From Candidatus Krumholzibacteriia bacterium (GTDB lineage: Bacteria > Krumholzibacteriota > Krumholzibacteriia > WVZY01), in NCBI GenBank assembly GCA_036478295.1, contig JAZGDW010000254.1, forward strand, positions 1 through 17,423: DNA of 17,423 bases, written 5' to 3'. Shown here piece by piece: positions 1 to 8,477 of the stretch (positions are counted from its first letter, which is position 1; each line of letters starts with the position of its first letter). The position numbers and the translations under genes were made by a program. The notes under the pieces were generated by a model. It was not told the origin of the DNA. It worked only from the letters and a program-made list of their open reading frames with translations, and did not search any database.

Positions 1-494
1 CACACGCGGCTGTCGGCGCTGTTGTCACGGTTGTCACCCATCATGAAGATGTGTCCCTCGGGGACCGTGTACGGCCCATACTTCGAACCGTGAAAGTACT
101 GGGCGTATCGCTCATCCTGCAATTCTCCGTCGACGTAGAGCTGGCGCCCCTTGAGTTCCACCGTCTGTCCCTCCACGGCCACACAGCGCTTGATGTAGTC
201 GGTATGCTGATCGCCCGGGTATTTGAAGATTATGATATCGCCGGGACGCGGTTCGCGAACCGCCGGCAGGCGTTTGCCTGCCAAGGGCAGCTTTGCGCCG
301 TAAATGAACTTGTTCGCGAAAAGAAAATCGCCGACCAGCAGCGTCTGCTCCATCGACTCCGAAGGTATCTTGAAGGCCTGCACAAAAAACGTTCGTACGA
401 AGAACGCCAGGAATACCGCCATCAGGATGATTTCCGTGTACTCTCTTAGAACCGACTTGTTCTGCTTTGCGCTTTTCCTGCCTGCTCCAAACAT
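1..494 (-). CDS. lepB: Signal peptidase I (3' end runs off the window)
   Basis: Not in the ORF track. Manual translation from ATG at 494 gives MFGAGRKSAKQNKSVLREYTEIILMAVFLAFFVRTFFVQAFKIPSESMEQTLLVGDFLFANKFIYG...DYIKRCVA...GDNRDNSADSRV, which has one TM helix, catalytic Ser box (IPSESM), Lys box (YIKR) and box E (GDNRDNSxDSR). AGAGGA SD upstream; directly follows lepA as in the classic lepA-lepB operon. Confidence 0.97.
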   Translation of the reverse strand, partial: MFGAGRKSAKQNKSVLREYTEIILMAVFLAFFVRTFFVQAFKIPSESMEQTLLVGDFLFANKFIYGAKLPLAGKRLPAVREPRPGDIIIFKYPGDQHTDYIKRCVAVEGQTVELKGRQLYVDGELQDERYAQYFHGSKYGPYTVPEGHIFMMGDNRDNSADSRV

Positions 495-517
495 GCCATC
501 CTCTTCTCTATATGCTG

Positions 518-2329
518 TCAACCTGACCTGTTCACCTTCAATACGGCCAGGAACGCTTCCTGTGGGACTTCGACGCGGCCTACCATCTTCATCCTCTTCT
601 TGCCTTCCTTCTGCCTGTCCAACAGCTTTCGTTTGCGCGTAATATCACCACCGTAGCATTTGGCTGTGACATTCTTGCGCAGCGCTTTTATGTTGGTGCG
701 CGCGATCACGCGCGTTCCAACTACAGACTGGATCGCCACGTCGTAGAGCTGCCTGGGAATGACCTCCTTCAACCGCGAGGACAATTCCCTGCCGAGATGA
801 AACGCCTTGTCGCGGTGAATGATGACCGACAGCGCGTCCACCGGGTCTCCGTTGAGGGCGATATCCAGTCGCACCAGGTCACCTGCGCGGTGACCTATGA
901 ATTCGTAGTCGAGACTCCCGTAGCCCCTAGTGATACTCTTCAGACGATCGTAGTAGTCAACCAGTATTTCGGCCAGCGGAAGCTCGTAGCTCAGGCGGGC
1001 CCGGTCCTCACTCAGGTACTCCAGCTCTATATAAGTACCGCGTCTTTCCTGGTTTAGTTTCATTATCCCGCCCACAAATTCGCCAGGGACCATGACATCG
1101 GCCCTCACGTAGGGCTCCTCGATGCGCTCGATCTCGCCCACGGACGGAAACGCGGCCGGATTCTCGACCTCCAGCACGTCGCCGTCCTTCTTTATGACCC
1201 TGTACTTCACGTTCGGCATTGTCGTGATGAGGCCCAGTGAGTACTCGCGCTCGAGCCGCTCCTGGATGACCTCCATGTGCAGCAGCCCCAGGAAGCCGCA
1301 CCGAAACCCGAAGCCCAGCGCCACCGAGCTCTCCGGTTCGAAGCTGAAGGCCGAGTCGTTCAGCTGAAGTTTTTCCAGGGCCTCGCGCACATTGTCGTAG
1401 TCGTCAGCGTCCATCGGGTAAAGTCCACTGAACACCATCGATTTAATCTCTTTGAACCCGGGCAGAGGCTCCGGACAGGGCTCCGCATCCAGTGTGATCG
1501 TGTCCCCAACGTTCGTATCGCGCAGCGACTTGATTCCCGTGTGGATGTACCCAACTTCGCCGGCCACAAGCTGCTTGCTCGCCACCATCTCAAGTCGAAA
1601 AAAACCCAATTCCATGGATTCGAAAACCTTGTTGTTCGCCATCAGGCGAATGACATCGCTGTTGCGGAGAGTACCGTCGAAAACCCGCACGTAAACAACG
1701 GCGCCTTTATACGGGTTAAAGAAAGAATCGAAGACGAGGACCTTGAGCCGGGCACTCGGGTCACCGGCGGGAACCGGTACCCGATCGATAATCGCCCTCA
1801 TGAGTTCCTCGACGCCGGTGCCGTCCCGTGCGCTCACCGTCAGGATATCCGCTTCGCCGCCGCCGATGACGCTCGTGATCTGGCTTTTTACGTAATCAAC
1901 CCGCGCGTTCGGCAGGTCGATCTTGTTGATCACGGGGATCACTTCGAGCCCGTGCTCGACGGCCAGGTACAGGTTCGACAGGGTCTGGGCCTGAACGCCC
2001 TGCACGGCGTCGACCACAAGTATCGCTCCCTCGCACGCGGCCAGGCTTCTCGACACTTCGTACGTGAAGTCGACGTGACCCGGCGTATCGATCAGGTTGA
2101 AAACAAAAACCTCGCCACCCTGGGCCGTGTAGTCCATTCGAATGGGATGGCTCTTGATGGTAATGCCCCGCTCCCGTTCCAGGTCCATGGTATCGAGCAC
2201 CTGTTCACGCATCTGGTTCTTGTTCAGCGTACCCGTCATTTCCAGGAAACGGTCGGCGAGAGTCGATTTGCCGTGATCGATATGGGCGATGATACAGAAG
2301 TTTCGTATTTGTGATTGTGCAGTGCTCAT
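518..2329 (-). CDS. lepA: Translation elongation factor 4 (LepA), 603 aa
   Basis: IRNFCIIAHIDHGKSTLADR, ERERGITIK, DTPGHVDF, NKID, GFRCGFLGLLH and the LepA C-terminal signature KCYGGDITRKRKLL. Confidence 0.99.
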   Translation of the reverse strand: MSTAQSQIRNFCIIAHIDHGKSTLADRFLEMTGTLNKNQMREQVLDTMDLERERGITIKSHPIRMDYTAQGGEVFVFNLIDTPGHVDFTYEVSRSLAACEGAILVVDAVQGVQAQTLSNLYLAVEHGLEVIPVINKIDLPNARVDYVKSQITSVIGGGEADILTVSARDGTGVEELMRAIIDRVPVPAGDPSARLKVLVFDSFFNPYKGAVVYVRVFDGTLRNSDVIRLMANNKVFESMELGFFRLEMVASKQLVAGEVGYIHTGIKSLRDTNVGDTITLDAEPCPEPLPGFKEIKSMVFSGLYPMDADDYDNVREALEKLQLNDSAFSFEPESSVALGFGFRCGFLGLLHMEVIQERLEREYSLGLITTMPNVKYRVIKKDGDVLEVENPAAFPSVGEIERIEEPYVRADVMVPGEFVGGIMKLNQERRGTYIELEYLSEDRARLSYELPLAEILVDYYDRLKSITRGYGSLDYEFIGHRAGDLVRLDIALNGDPVDALSVIIHRDKAFHLGRELSSRLKEVIPRQLYDVAIQSVVGTRVIARTNIKALRKNVTAKCYGGDITRKRKLLDRQKEGKKRMKMVGRVEVPQEAFLAVLKVNRSG

Positions 2330-2351
2330 GTCCGGCCGAATGAATTCTTCC

Positions 2352-2957
2352 TCAAAACCTTACGCCCAGACCCACATAGTTGTTGTTCGACCTACGAATG
2401 ATCGCGGGATCCACGGAGCGTACATCAAAGAGGTGGGCGTCCACGAACGCGTCCAGTACGCCGATCAGCCACGCGGCCCCGAAGAACCACACAAAATCCA
2501 GCGAGGTCTCCCTGTGAAACTCGACGAACAGATTCTCCTCTTTCCAACTCAGACTTCCCACCGGAAACGTGTCACGTACTTTCCTCCGCGCTACCTTGAA
2601 CCGGTTTTCCGTGATCGCCCGGGTCGCATAAAAAGTGGCGAGTCCCACCATTATCGCCGTCTTGATACGCCGACCATTGTACGTCTGCCCGAGCCCGGGC
2701 GCCACCATGCTGGAGAAGAACGCAACCTTGGCCGATTTTTGCCGCTCCCACTTCCGCGTGCCAGCAATCTCGGGCGTTCCCAGCGCCGCCATGTCCGACT
2801 TGAGCCGTACTTGTTCGGATCGGTCCGGCGCCGATCGTTCCAACGTGTCGAGGGAGGTCCAGGTGAAAGCGGGGTCCGCATCCGCCCTCCGCGGACCGGC
2901 CGATGCAACATTCGCCGCCAGTAGGAGCGCCACCAATAGAATCCCGTACGCTTTCAT
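2352..2957 (-). CDS. DUF5683-like exported/membrane protein, about 201 aa
   Basis: Signal peptide MKAYGILLVALLLAANVASA; motif KSAKVAFFSSMVAPGLGQTYN; hydrophobic WFFGAAWLIGVLDAFVDAHL; ends in alternating YVGLGVRF. Start placed at ATG 2957 (GGTGA SD) rather than GTG 2966. Confidence 0.7.
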   Translation of the reverse strand: MKAYGILLVALLLAANVASAGPRRADADPAFTWTSLDTLERSAPDRSEQVRLKSDMAALGTPEIAGTRKWERQKSAKVAFFSSMVAPGLGQTYNGRRIKTAIMVGLATFYATRAITENRFKVARRKVRDTFPVGSLSWKEENLFVEFHRETSLDFVWFFGAAWLIGVLDAFVDAHLFDVRSVDPAIIRRSNNNYVGLGVRF

Positions 2958-2981
2958 TAAGGTCACCGGTCCGACTAAAAG

Positions 2982-3079
2982 TGGCGGGAATGTGTGGGAA
3001 TCGAACCCACCCAGGCCGCTTTAAACGACCAACAAAGGGATTTGAAGTCCCTGAGGCCCACCAGGACCCATCCATTCCC
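2982..3079 (-). tRNA. selC: tRNA-Sec (anticodon UCA), 98 nt with encoded CCA
   Basis: Reverse complement GGGAAUGG-AU-GGGUCC UGGU GGGCCU-C-AGGGA CUUCAAA UCCCU-long variable arm (GGUCGU..GCGGCC)-GUGGG UUCGAUU CCCAC-ACAUUCCC-G-CCA. It has an 8-position acceptor stem (G.A at the junction), 6-bp D stem with 4-nt loop, UCA anticodon at 3043-3045 and G discriminator, all hallmarks of bacterial tRNA-Sec. Confidence 0.97.
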
Positions 3080-3108
3080 ATACGAGGCAAAAATAATGGA
3101 ATTGCGGG

Positions 3109-3117
3109 ATTATAACA
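3109..3117 (-). promoter_or_regulatory. Extended -10 promoter (TGtTATAAT) for selC
   Basis: Perfect TGnTATAAT about 30 nt upstream of the tRNA 5' end; the -35 position is weak (TTCTGT at 17-bp spacing). Confidence 0.65.
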
Positions 3118-3146
3118 AGACCCGGGGTCACACAGAAGCGCAAAGG

Positions 3147-3530
3147 CTAGGACCGGCGCCTGGCGACCGCCTCGATTTCCACCATCGCTCCGAGGGGCAG
3201 GGCCGCGACCTCTACGGTGGCGCGCGCGGGCGGATCCTCTGTGAAGTACTCGGCGTACACGGCATTCATCGCCTTGAAGTCGGACAGCGATTGGAGAAAT
3301 ACCGTCGCCTTGACAACATCCGTCAGGCCCAACCCCGCAGCCTCCAGGATAGCCTTGACGTTCTCCAGCGACTGCCGGGTCTGGGTGACGATATCCGGCG
3401 CCTCTATCCGGCCGGACACCGGGTCCAGCGGAACCTGGCCGGACACCCATACCAGATCGCCGGTGTCCACTGCCTGGCTGTAGGGACCGAGGGCAGCGGG
3501 AGCGCTGTCAGTGCTAACGATCTTCTTCAT
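3147..3530 (-). CDS. ridA: RidA/YjgF/UK114 family reactive intermediate deaminase, 127 aa
   Basis: MKKIVSTDSAPAALGPYSQAV...VSGQVP...MNAVYAEYF...PPARATVEVAALP...VEIEAVA, with the catalytic Arg (PAR) and C-terminal Glu. Start at ATG 3530, 2 nt after the glmS stop. Confidence 0.95.
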   Translation of the reverse strand: MKKIVSTDSAPAALGPYSQAVDTGDLVWVSGQVPLDPVSGRIEAPDIVTQTRQSLENVKAILEAAGLGLTDVVKATVFLQSLSDFKAMNAVYAEYFTEDPPARATVEVAALPLGAMVEIEAVARRRS

Positions 3531-3532
3531 GG

Positions 3533-5359
3533 CTACTCGACGGTGACGCTCTTCGCGAGGTTCCTGGGCTGGTCTACGTCGCACCCGCGCAGCACCGCGA
3601 TGTGGTAGGCGAGCAGCTGCAGGGGTATCACGGTTAGAATCGGGTAAAGCATATCGAGCGTCTCAGGGATCGTAATGACGTGGTCGGCAACCTTGGTCGC
3701 TTCAACGTCGTCTTCGTTGGCGATGACGACCAGGCGGCCTTTGCGTGTTTTGACTTCGGCAATATTACCGAGGATCTTGTTGTACGCGTTATCCTTCGGA
3801 CAGATTACCACCACCGGCATATTCTTGTCGATCAGCGCAATGGGCCCGTGTTTCATCTCGGCGGCGGGGTAGCCTTCGGCGTGCATATACGATATTTCCT
3901 TTAGCTTCAGGGCCCCCTCCAAAGCAATCGGGAAATTAGCGCCGCGACCGAGATACAGAAAATTCGTATCGTTGCAGTAGGCTTTCGCAATCTCATAGAT
4001 CTGGTCGTTCTGGTCGAGTATCTGCTGAACCTGCTCGGGAATCCGGTACAGGGCGTCAATGATTTCCTGGCCGCGAGTCCGGGACATCCCGCGCGTCCGA
4101 CCCAGGAGGAGCGCGAACAGGCTCAGCACGCTTATCTGCGAAGTAAAGGCTTTGGTCGACGCGACGCCCACCTCCGGCCCCGCGTGTGTGTAGACACCAC
4201 CGTCGGACTCGCGGGCGATCGTGCTGCCCACGACGTTACAGATACCCAGGACCGTCGAACCCTTTCGCCTGGCTTCGCGCATCGCCTCCAGCGTGTCGAT
4301 GGTCTCACCGGATTGGCTGATCGCCAGCGTCATGGTGCCGCGATCGATGATGGGATTGCGGTAGCGGAACTCCGATGCGTATTCCACCTCGACGGGTACC
4401 CGGGCCCGTTCCTCTATCATATACTCACCGATCAGCCCCGCGTGCCAGCTGGTCCCGCACGCGAGCAGCACAAGGCGTTTGAGCTTGCGAAGATCGGGCT
4501 CGACGGCGTGCAGGCCGCCGAAGTGGGCCTCACCGGTATCGTAGACGAGGCGCCCGCGCATGGCGTTTCGTATGGTCTCGGGCTGCTCGAAGATCTCTTT
4601 GAGCATGAAATGTGCGAACCCACCCTTCTCGATCATTTCGAGGTCCCAGTCGACCTGTTCTATTGCCTTGTTCACCGCGACATTCTCGATGGTCATTGTC
4701 TTGAACCCGGTCGGTTTCACGATGACCATTTCCTTGTCGTCGAGATAAACCACCTGGCGGGTATGCTTGAGAATGGCGGACACGTCCGACGCAAGGAAAT
4801 GCTCACGATCGGCGATGCCGACGACAAGGGGACTCCCGTTACGGACACCGACCAGCTTGCCGGGCTCCTTCTTCGAAAGCACGACCAGGCCGTACGTTCC
4901 TTCGATCTGCGCGACTGCCTTTTGGACGGCGTCCTCCAATGGGCCGTCATAGAAATCCTCGATGAGGTGGGCGAGGACTTCGGTATCCGTATCCGTGATG
5001 AACTTGTGGCCCTTTTGTTCGAGATGGGTCTTGATGAGTTGGTAGTTTTCGATGATACCGTTGTGGACGACGGCGATGGTACCGGAGCAGTCCAGGTGCG
5101 GATGGGCGTTGACGGTGCTGGGCTCGCCGTGCGTGGCCCACCGCGTGTGGGCCACCCCGATGGTACCCGGGCATTCCTTGTCGGCGATGTGCTTCTCGAG
5201 GTCGGCGATCTTTCCTTTGGTCTTTTCTAGCAGGATGCTTCCATTATTGAGAATGGCAACACCCGCCGAGTCGTAACCCCGATACTCCAGACGTTTGAGC
5301 CCCTCCATGAGGATGGGCAGCGCCTGGCTTTCCCCTATGTATCCGACGATCCCGCACAT
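3533..5359 (-). CDS. glmS: Glutamine--fructose-6-phosphate transaminase (isomerizing), 608 aa
   Basis: N-terminal MCGIVG nucleophile, LEYRGYDSAG, HTRWATHG, HNGIIEN, SQSGET, VASTKAFT, EMKHGP, C-terminal PRNLAKSVTVE. Confidence 0.99.
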   Translation of the reverse strand: MCGIVGYIGESQALPILMEGLKRLEYRGYDSAGVAILNNGSILLEKTKGKIADLEKHIADKECPGTIGVAHTRWATHGEPSTVNAHPHLDCSGTIAVVHNGIIENYQLIKTHLEQKGHKFITDTDTEVLAHLIEDFYDGPLEDAVQKAVAQIEGTYGLVVLSKKEPGKLVGVRNGSPLVVGIADREHFLASDVSAILKHTRQVVYLDDKEMVIVKPTGFKTMTIENVAVNKAIEQVDWDLEMIEKGGFAHFMLKEIFEQPETIRNAMRGRLVYDTGEAHFGGLHAVEPDLRKLKRLVLLACGTSWHAGLIGEYMIEERARVPVEVEYASEFRYRNPIIDRGTMTLAISQSGETIDTLEAMREARRKGSTVLGICNVVGSTIARESDGGVYTHAGPEVGVASTKAFTSQISVLSLFALLLGRTRGMSRTRGQEIIDALYRIPEQVQQILDQNDQIYEIAKAYCNDTNFLYLGRGANFPIALEGALKLKEISYMHAEGYPAAEMKHGPIALIDKNMPVVVICPKDNAYNKILGNIAEVKTRKGRLVVIANEDDVEATKVADHVITIPETLDMLYPILTVIPLQLLAYHIAVLRGCDVDQPRNLAKSVTVE

Positions 5360-5362
5360 ATT

Positions 5363-6757
5363 TCACTCCTGGACCGATGGGCCGGTGCCCCAGGCTCTAT
5401 CGAGGGCCTGGCGGGCAATCCCCTGCAGCGCCTCCGTTCGCGCTGACGACATCGACTCGGCGATAATACGCACCAGACCTTCTGTGTTGGAAAGCCTGAT
5501 GTGACACCAGCCGTCGTCGAAGATGGCCTTGATACCGTCTTCCGTACTAATTGTAGCAGGTTCGAAGTCGCCGATTAAGCCCGAAATCCGTGATACGGAG
5601 AATTCGCCGGCGAGGTCGATCTTCTCCTTGGTCATGAAGAACGTCGGGTACTGGTTGATCTGATCGCGCAGCGACTTGCCCCGCCCCGCCAGCAGTTGCA
5701 ACACCAGGACCATCCCCAGCATCGCGTCCCGGCCGGGATGCAGCTCGGGGTAGATTACGCCGCCGTTGCCCTCGCCGCCTATCGTCGCGAGGTCTTTCAA
5801 CATCCGATCCACCACCATCGCCTCACCCACCGGCGTGCGCGACACCGTCGCTTGGTGCCGGCTCGCCACCCAGTCGATCAGCGCCGACGTGCTCAGATTG
5901 ACCACCACAGGGCCTTTTTTCTCGGTCTCGAGCACCTGATCCACAGCCAACGCCAGGGTGTACTCTTCATTGAGCGCCGTTCCCTTCTCGTCCACCAGCG
6001 CCAGACGATCCGCGTCAGGATCAAGGGCAAACCCCAGGTCCGCCCCCTCTTCATGCACCTTTTCGGCCAACTCTCGGATATTCTCGGCACGCGGCTCGGG
6101 ATCGCGCTGGAAATCCCCGTCGGTGTTGCAGTGCAGCCGGATGACCGTGACCCCCAACGCCTCGAGCAGGTCCGGCGCGATCACGCTTCCCGCCCCGTTG
6201 ACACAGTCGAGAACGATCTTGAAACGACGGCGCATTATCCGCTCCACGTCTACCGCATGCAGGCCCAGGATCGCGTCGATATGGTCGCTGGTCGCGCGTT
6301 CGTACTGGGTGATCGTTCCCGCAGCGAGCGCGCCGACGAATTCGTGGCTATCCTTCTTGTAAGCCTCGTAAACCCGGTCACCGGTGGCCTGATCGATAAA
6401 GATTCCGCGCGTGTCGAGAAATTTCAGCGCATTCCATTCCGCTCCGTTGTGGCTCGCTGTTACAACGATCCCGCCGGCGGCACCGAGTTTTTCTACCGCC
6501 ATCTCCACGGTGGGCGTGGTGGCGATGCCGAGGGTGACGCATTCGCGTCCCAACGCGGTGACCGCGGCCGCCGCGGCACTCATGAGCGATTCGCCGGAAG
6601 GACGGGTGTCGCGCCCCACAACGATCGCTCCCGGCGGCAGTGTCGAGCAGAAGGCCAGGCCCAGCCGGGTGACGACCTGGACGTTCAGCGCCTTGCCTAC
6701 AATGCCCCGGGCGCCGGCAACACTAAACAACAGTTTATCTTGTGGCGATTGATTCAT
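5363..6757 (-). CDS. glmM: Phosphoglucosamine mutase (alpha-D-phosphohexomutase family), about 464 aa
   Basis: GRDTR, TTPT, catalytic TASHN, metal loop DPDADR, GGEGNGG and RLSNTE; immediately upstream of glmS. Start set at ATG 6757 (MNQSPQDKLLFSV) because a promoter lies inside the ORF track's N-terminal extension. Confidence 0.88.
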   Translation of the reverse strand: MNQSPQDKLLFSVAGARGIVGKALNVQVVTRLGLAFCSTLPPGAIVVGRDTRPSGESLMSAAAAAVTALGRECVTLGIATTPTVEMAVEKLGAAGGIVVTASHNGAEWNALKFLDTRGIFIDQATGDRVYEAYKKDSHEFVGALAAGTITQYERATSDHIDAILGLHAVDVERIMRRRFKIVLDCVNGAGSVIAPDLLEALGVTVIRLHCNTDGDFQRDPEPRAENIRELAEKVHEEGADLGFALDPDADRLALVDEKGTALNEEYTLALAVDQVLETEKKGPVVVNLSTSALIDWVASRHQATVSRTPVGEAMVVDRMLKDLATIGGEGNGGVIYPELHPGRDAMLGMVLVLQLLAGRGKSLRDQINQYPTFFMTKEKIDLAGEFSVSRISGLIGDFEPATISTEDGIKAIFDDGWCHIRLSNTEGLVRIIAESMSSARTEALQGIARQALDRAWGTGPSVQE

Positions 6758-6775
6758 GTTGTTTCCCGACTCCGA

Positions 6776-6804
6776 AAGATAGAGGAGAACGCTGTGTGTG
6801 TCAA
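6776..6804 (-). promoter_or_regulatory. Sigma70-type promoter of glmM-glmS-ridA
   Basis: TTGACA (6804-6799), 17 bp, TATCTT (6781-6776), 18 nt upstream of the glmM ATG. Confidence 0.75.
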
Positions 6805-6982
6805 CAAACGAGTGCGCCCGCGCCGCGGGGAGGGCCATGTGACCGCGGGCATCTGGTTGAAAGGACTTAGTGCAATTTGGGTTTCGTGACCCGCGCGCTC
6901 CCGCCCCCGCCCCTGGGTACGAACGAGCCATACGGGAAACCTTGATACCCCACGCTCCCTCATTCTCTACAGTTCACCCGCT

Positions 6983-6999
6983 TGGGCATGGAATATGCG
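6983..6999 (+). promoter_or_regulatory. Candidate sigma54 (-24/-12) promoter
   Basis: tGGGCATGGAATATGCG: GG (6985-6986)-N10-GC (6997-6998), close to TGGCACG-N4-TTGCW; about 120 nt upstream of the ATG at 7118. Confidence 0.5.
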
Positions 7000-7117
7000 G
7001 CGACGTGCAACTCTATACTGAATTTGAATTCGCTCACTGGCGGGGATTCAGGATCGGTGTCGATCCATACCAGCGATGCGGAACGCTCGCGAGCCGCCAC
7101 AACAGGAGAGCCAAGCT

Positions 7118-8452
7118 ATGCTAAATGGAACCAGTGGTGCTGTGAAATTCATCCTGTCGATTCTCTTTTTTCCGATGTTTTTCCAGGACGCCTTCATGAA
7201 GTTTGCCTGGGGAGCTGGCGATCAGGCGTGGTTAATGCTCACCAAACGCCTGTTCCTGCTGTTGCCCGTGTGCGCCATCATTGTGGGCTGCTGGGCCAGC
7301 GTGGCCTGCTTGCTAACGGTGCCCGTCAGGCAGAACCGCCGGGAATTCGTTACCAATCTTTTTATCACCTGGTGGGATCTCGGCAAATCCATTTTTTCTT
7401 TTTGGGGCGGCGTCTTCAAAATGGCGTTGAATCTGCTTGCCGCCACTCTCGGGCTCACGCGGTTCCTCATTCTCGCGGTGTGGACCATCATCCAGGACGT
7501 GCTCTTTGCTCCGTTCGAGCTCGTGCGACGGGTCGCCCAGCAGGTCATACGGTCGCCAATCCCGTGGATTGCGGTGTTTCTGACCCTGGGCTGGTGCTTG
7601 ATTGAAACGACGATTTTCACTTACGTCACGGCACCTCTGGTTGTGGATACGTTCTCGAATATTACGGGTGAGCAGCTGGCGGAGGCGTTTATTCGCATTC
7701 CTCTGTTCGTCTTTTTGCTCTTCGTGGTGCTGGGCAGCTATGCGGTGCTATCCAACCTGGTCCACGTGGTGAAGAAGCGAAGCATGTCCTCCATCCTTGG
7801 CATCGGCGCCATTGAGATCGTGGTCCTTTTTGTGGAAGTCGTATTCCTGTACCGTGAGTTCGTCGATTCACTCGTACCTTGGTTTGCCCAGTATTCGGAG
7901 AACTTCGAGCTCGGCATATTCTGGACCCTGGCCATCTCTTGCTTCGTGTGGTTTGGCATCAGAAGTCTCTCCTGGTTCCTCTTCGCCGCGCACGGCACGC
8001 CCACGATCCTCGCTGTCATCCAGGGCAAGGGACTCAAGGTCTCCACCAAGGGCAAGCGTCCCAAGAGCCAGTTTCTCGAAATATCTTCGGGATTCTGGGA
8101 CAGGATGAAGACCGAGACTCCGTGGATCCAGGCAAAGGGTGAAGAGCTTCTCGCGTCCTTTATCCTGCCGCCGCTGCAGATTGTGGCCGCGGGGCTGAAC
8201 TTCTGCACCCTGCTCATCATCACCGGTCACTTGTTCCCGATTCCATTCAAGAATATGGAAGCAATCACATACTCGGAAAATCTGATCAAGAACATGTCAA
8301 AAAGGAGCGGTGCGCTCAAACCGGAGTCGCAAGGGCGTCCCGCTCGCCGGCCGCAGCCGACGCCGCGACCAGCCGCGCCCGCTGGCGAACCGGAACGGTC
8401 GCCTATGGTTCCTAGCTATACCCGTGACGGTGATTCGTCCGATGACGCTTAA
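7118..8452 (+). CDS. Uncharacterized polytopic membrane protein, 444 aa, with a Pro-rich disordered C-tail
   Basis: AGGAGAG SD before ATG 7118; many long hydrophobic segments (about 7-9 predicted TM by eye); no family recognised. Confidence 0.85.
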   Translation: MLNGTSGAVKFILSILFFPMFFQDAFMKFAWGAGDQAWLMLTKRLFLLLPVCAIIVGCWASVACLLTVPVRQNRREFVTNLFITWWDLGKSIFSFWGGVFKMALNLLAATLGLTRFLILAVWTIIQDVLFAPFELVRRVAQQVIRSPIPWIAVFLTLGWCLIETTIFTYVTAPLVVDTFSNITGEQLAEAFIRIPLFVFLLFVVLGSYAVLSNLVHVVKKRSMSSILGIGAIEIVVLFVEVVFLYREFVDSLVPWFAQYSENFELGIFWTLAISCFVWFGIRSLSWFLFAAHGTPTILAVIQGKGLKVSTKGKRPKSQFLEISSGFWDRMKTETPWIQAKGEELLASFILPPLQIVAAGLNFCTLLIITGHLFPIPFKNMEAITYSENLIKNMSKRSGALKPESQGRPARRPQPTPRPAAPAGEPERSPMVPSYTRDGDSSDDA

Positions 8453-8477
8453 CACTCGTAATTGGGGGACAATCAGA

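Noticed and set aside
2958..3000. selC as an integration site for a genomic island
   Set aside because: No integrase and no duplicated tRNA 3' end in the window; housekeeping genes follow directly.
2982..3079. G.A mismatch at the acceptor/T-stem junction as a novel tRNA-Sec structure or a UGA-reassignment tRNA
   Set aside because: As I recall, this mismatch occurs in other bacterial tRNA-Sec; all other Sec identity features are canonical, and TGA acts as a normal stop for lepA and glmM here.
2572..3450. 292-aa and 204-aa ORFs crossing the tRNA region
   Set aside because: They overlap ridA, selC and the DUF5683-like gene, which have much stronger evidence.
5357..5365. glmM and glmS are in frame across TGA-AAT-ATG, suggesting Sec read-through into a GlmM-GlmS fusion
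   Set aside because: GlmS needs a free N-terminal Cys, a GGAG SD sits just before its ATG, and the UGA is at the normal GlmM end; ordinary translational coupling explains it.
6758..7117. Possible glmS ribozyme upstream of the glmM-glmS operon
   Set aside because: No AGCGCC...GACGAGG core seen; the promoter is only 18 nt from the glmM start and glmM-glmS are 3 nt apart, leaving no room.
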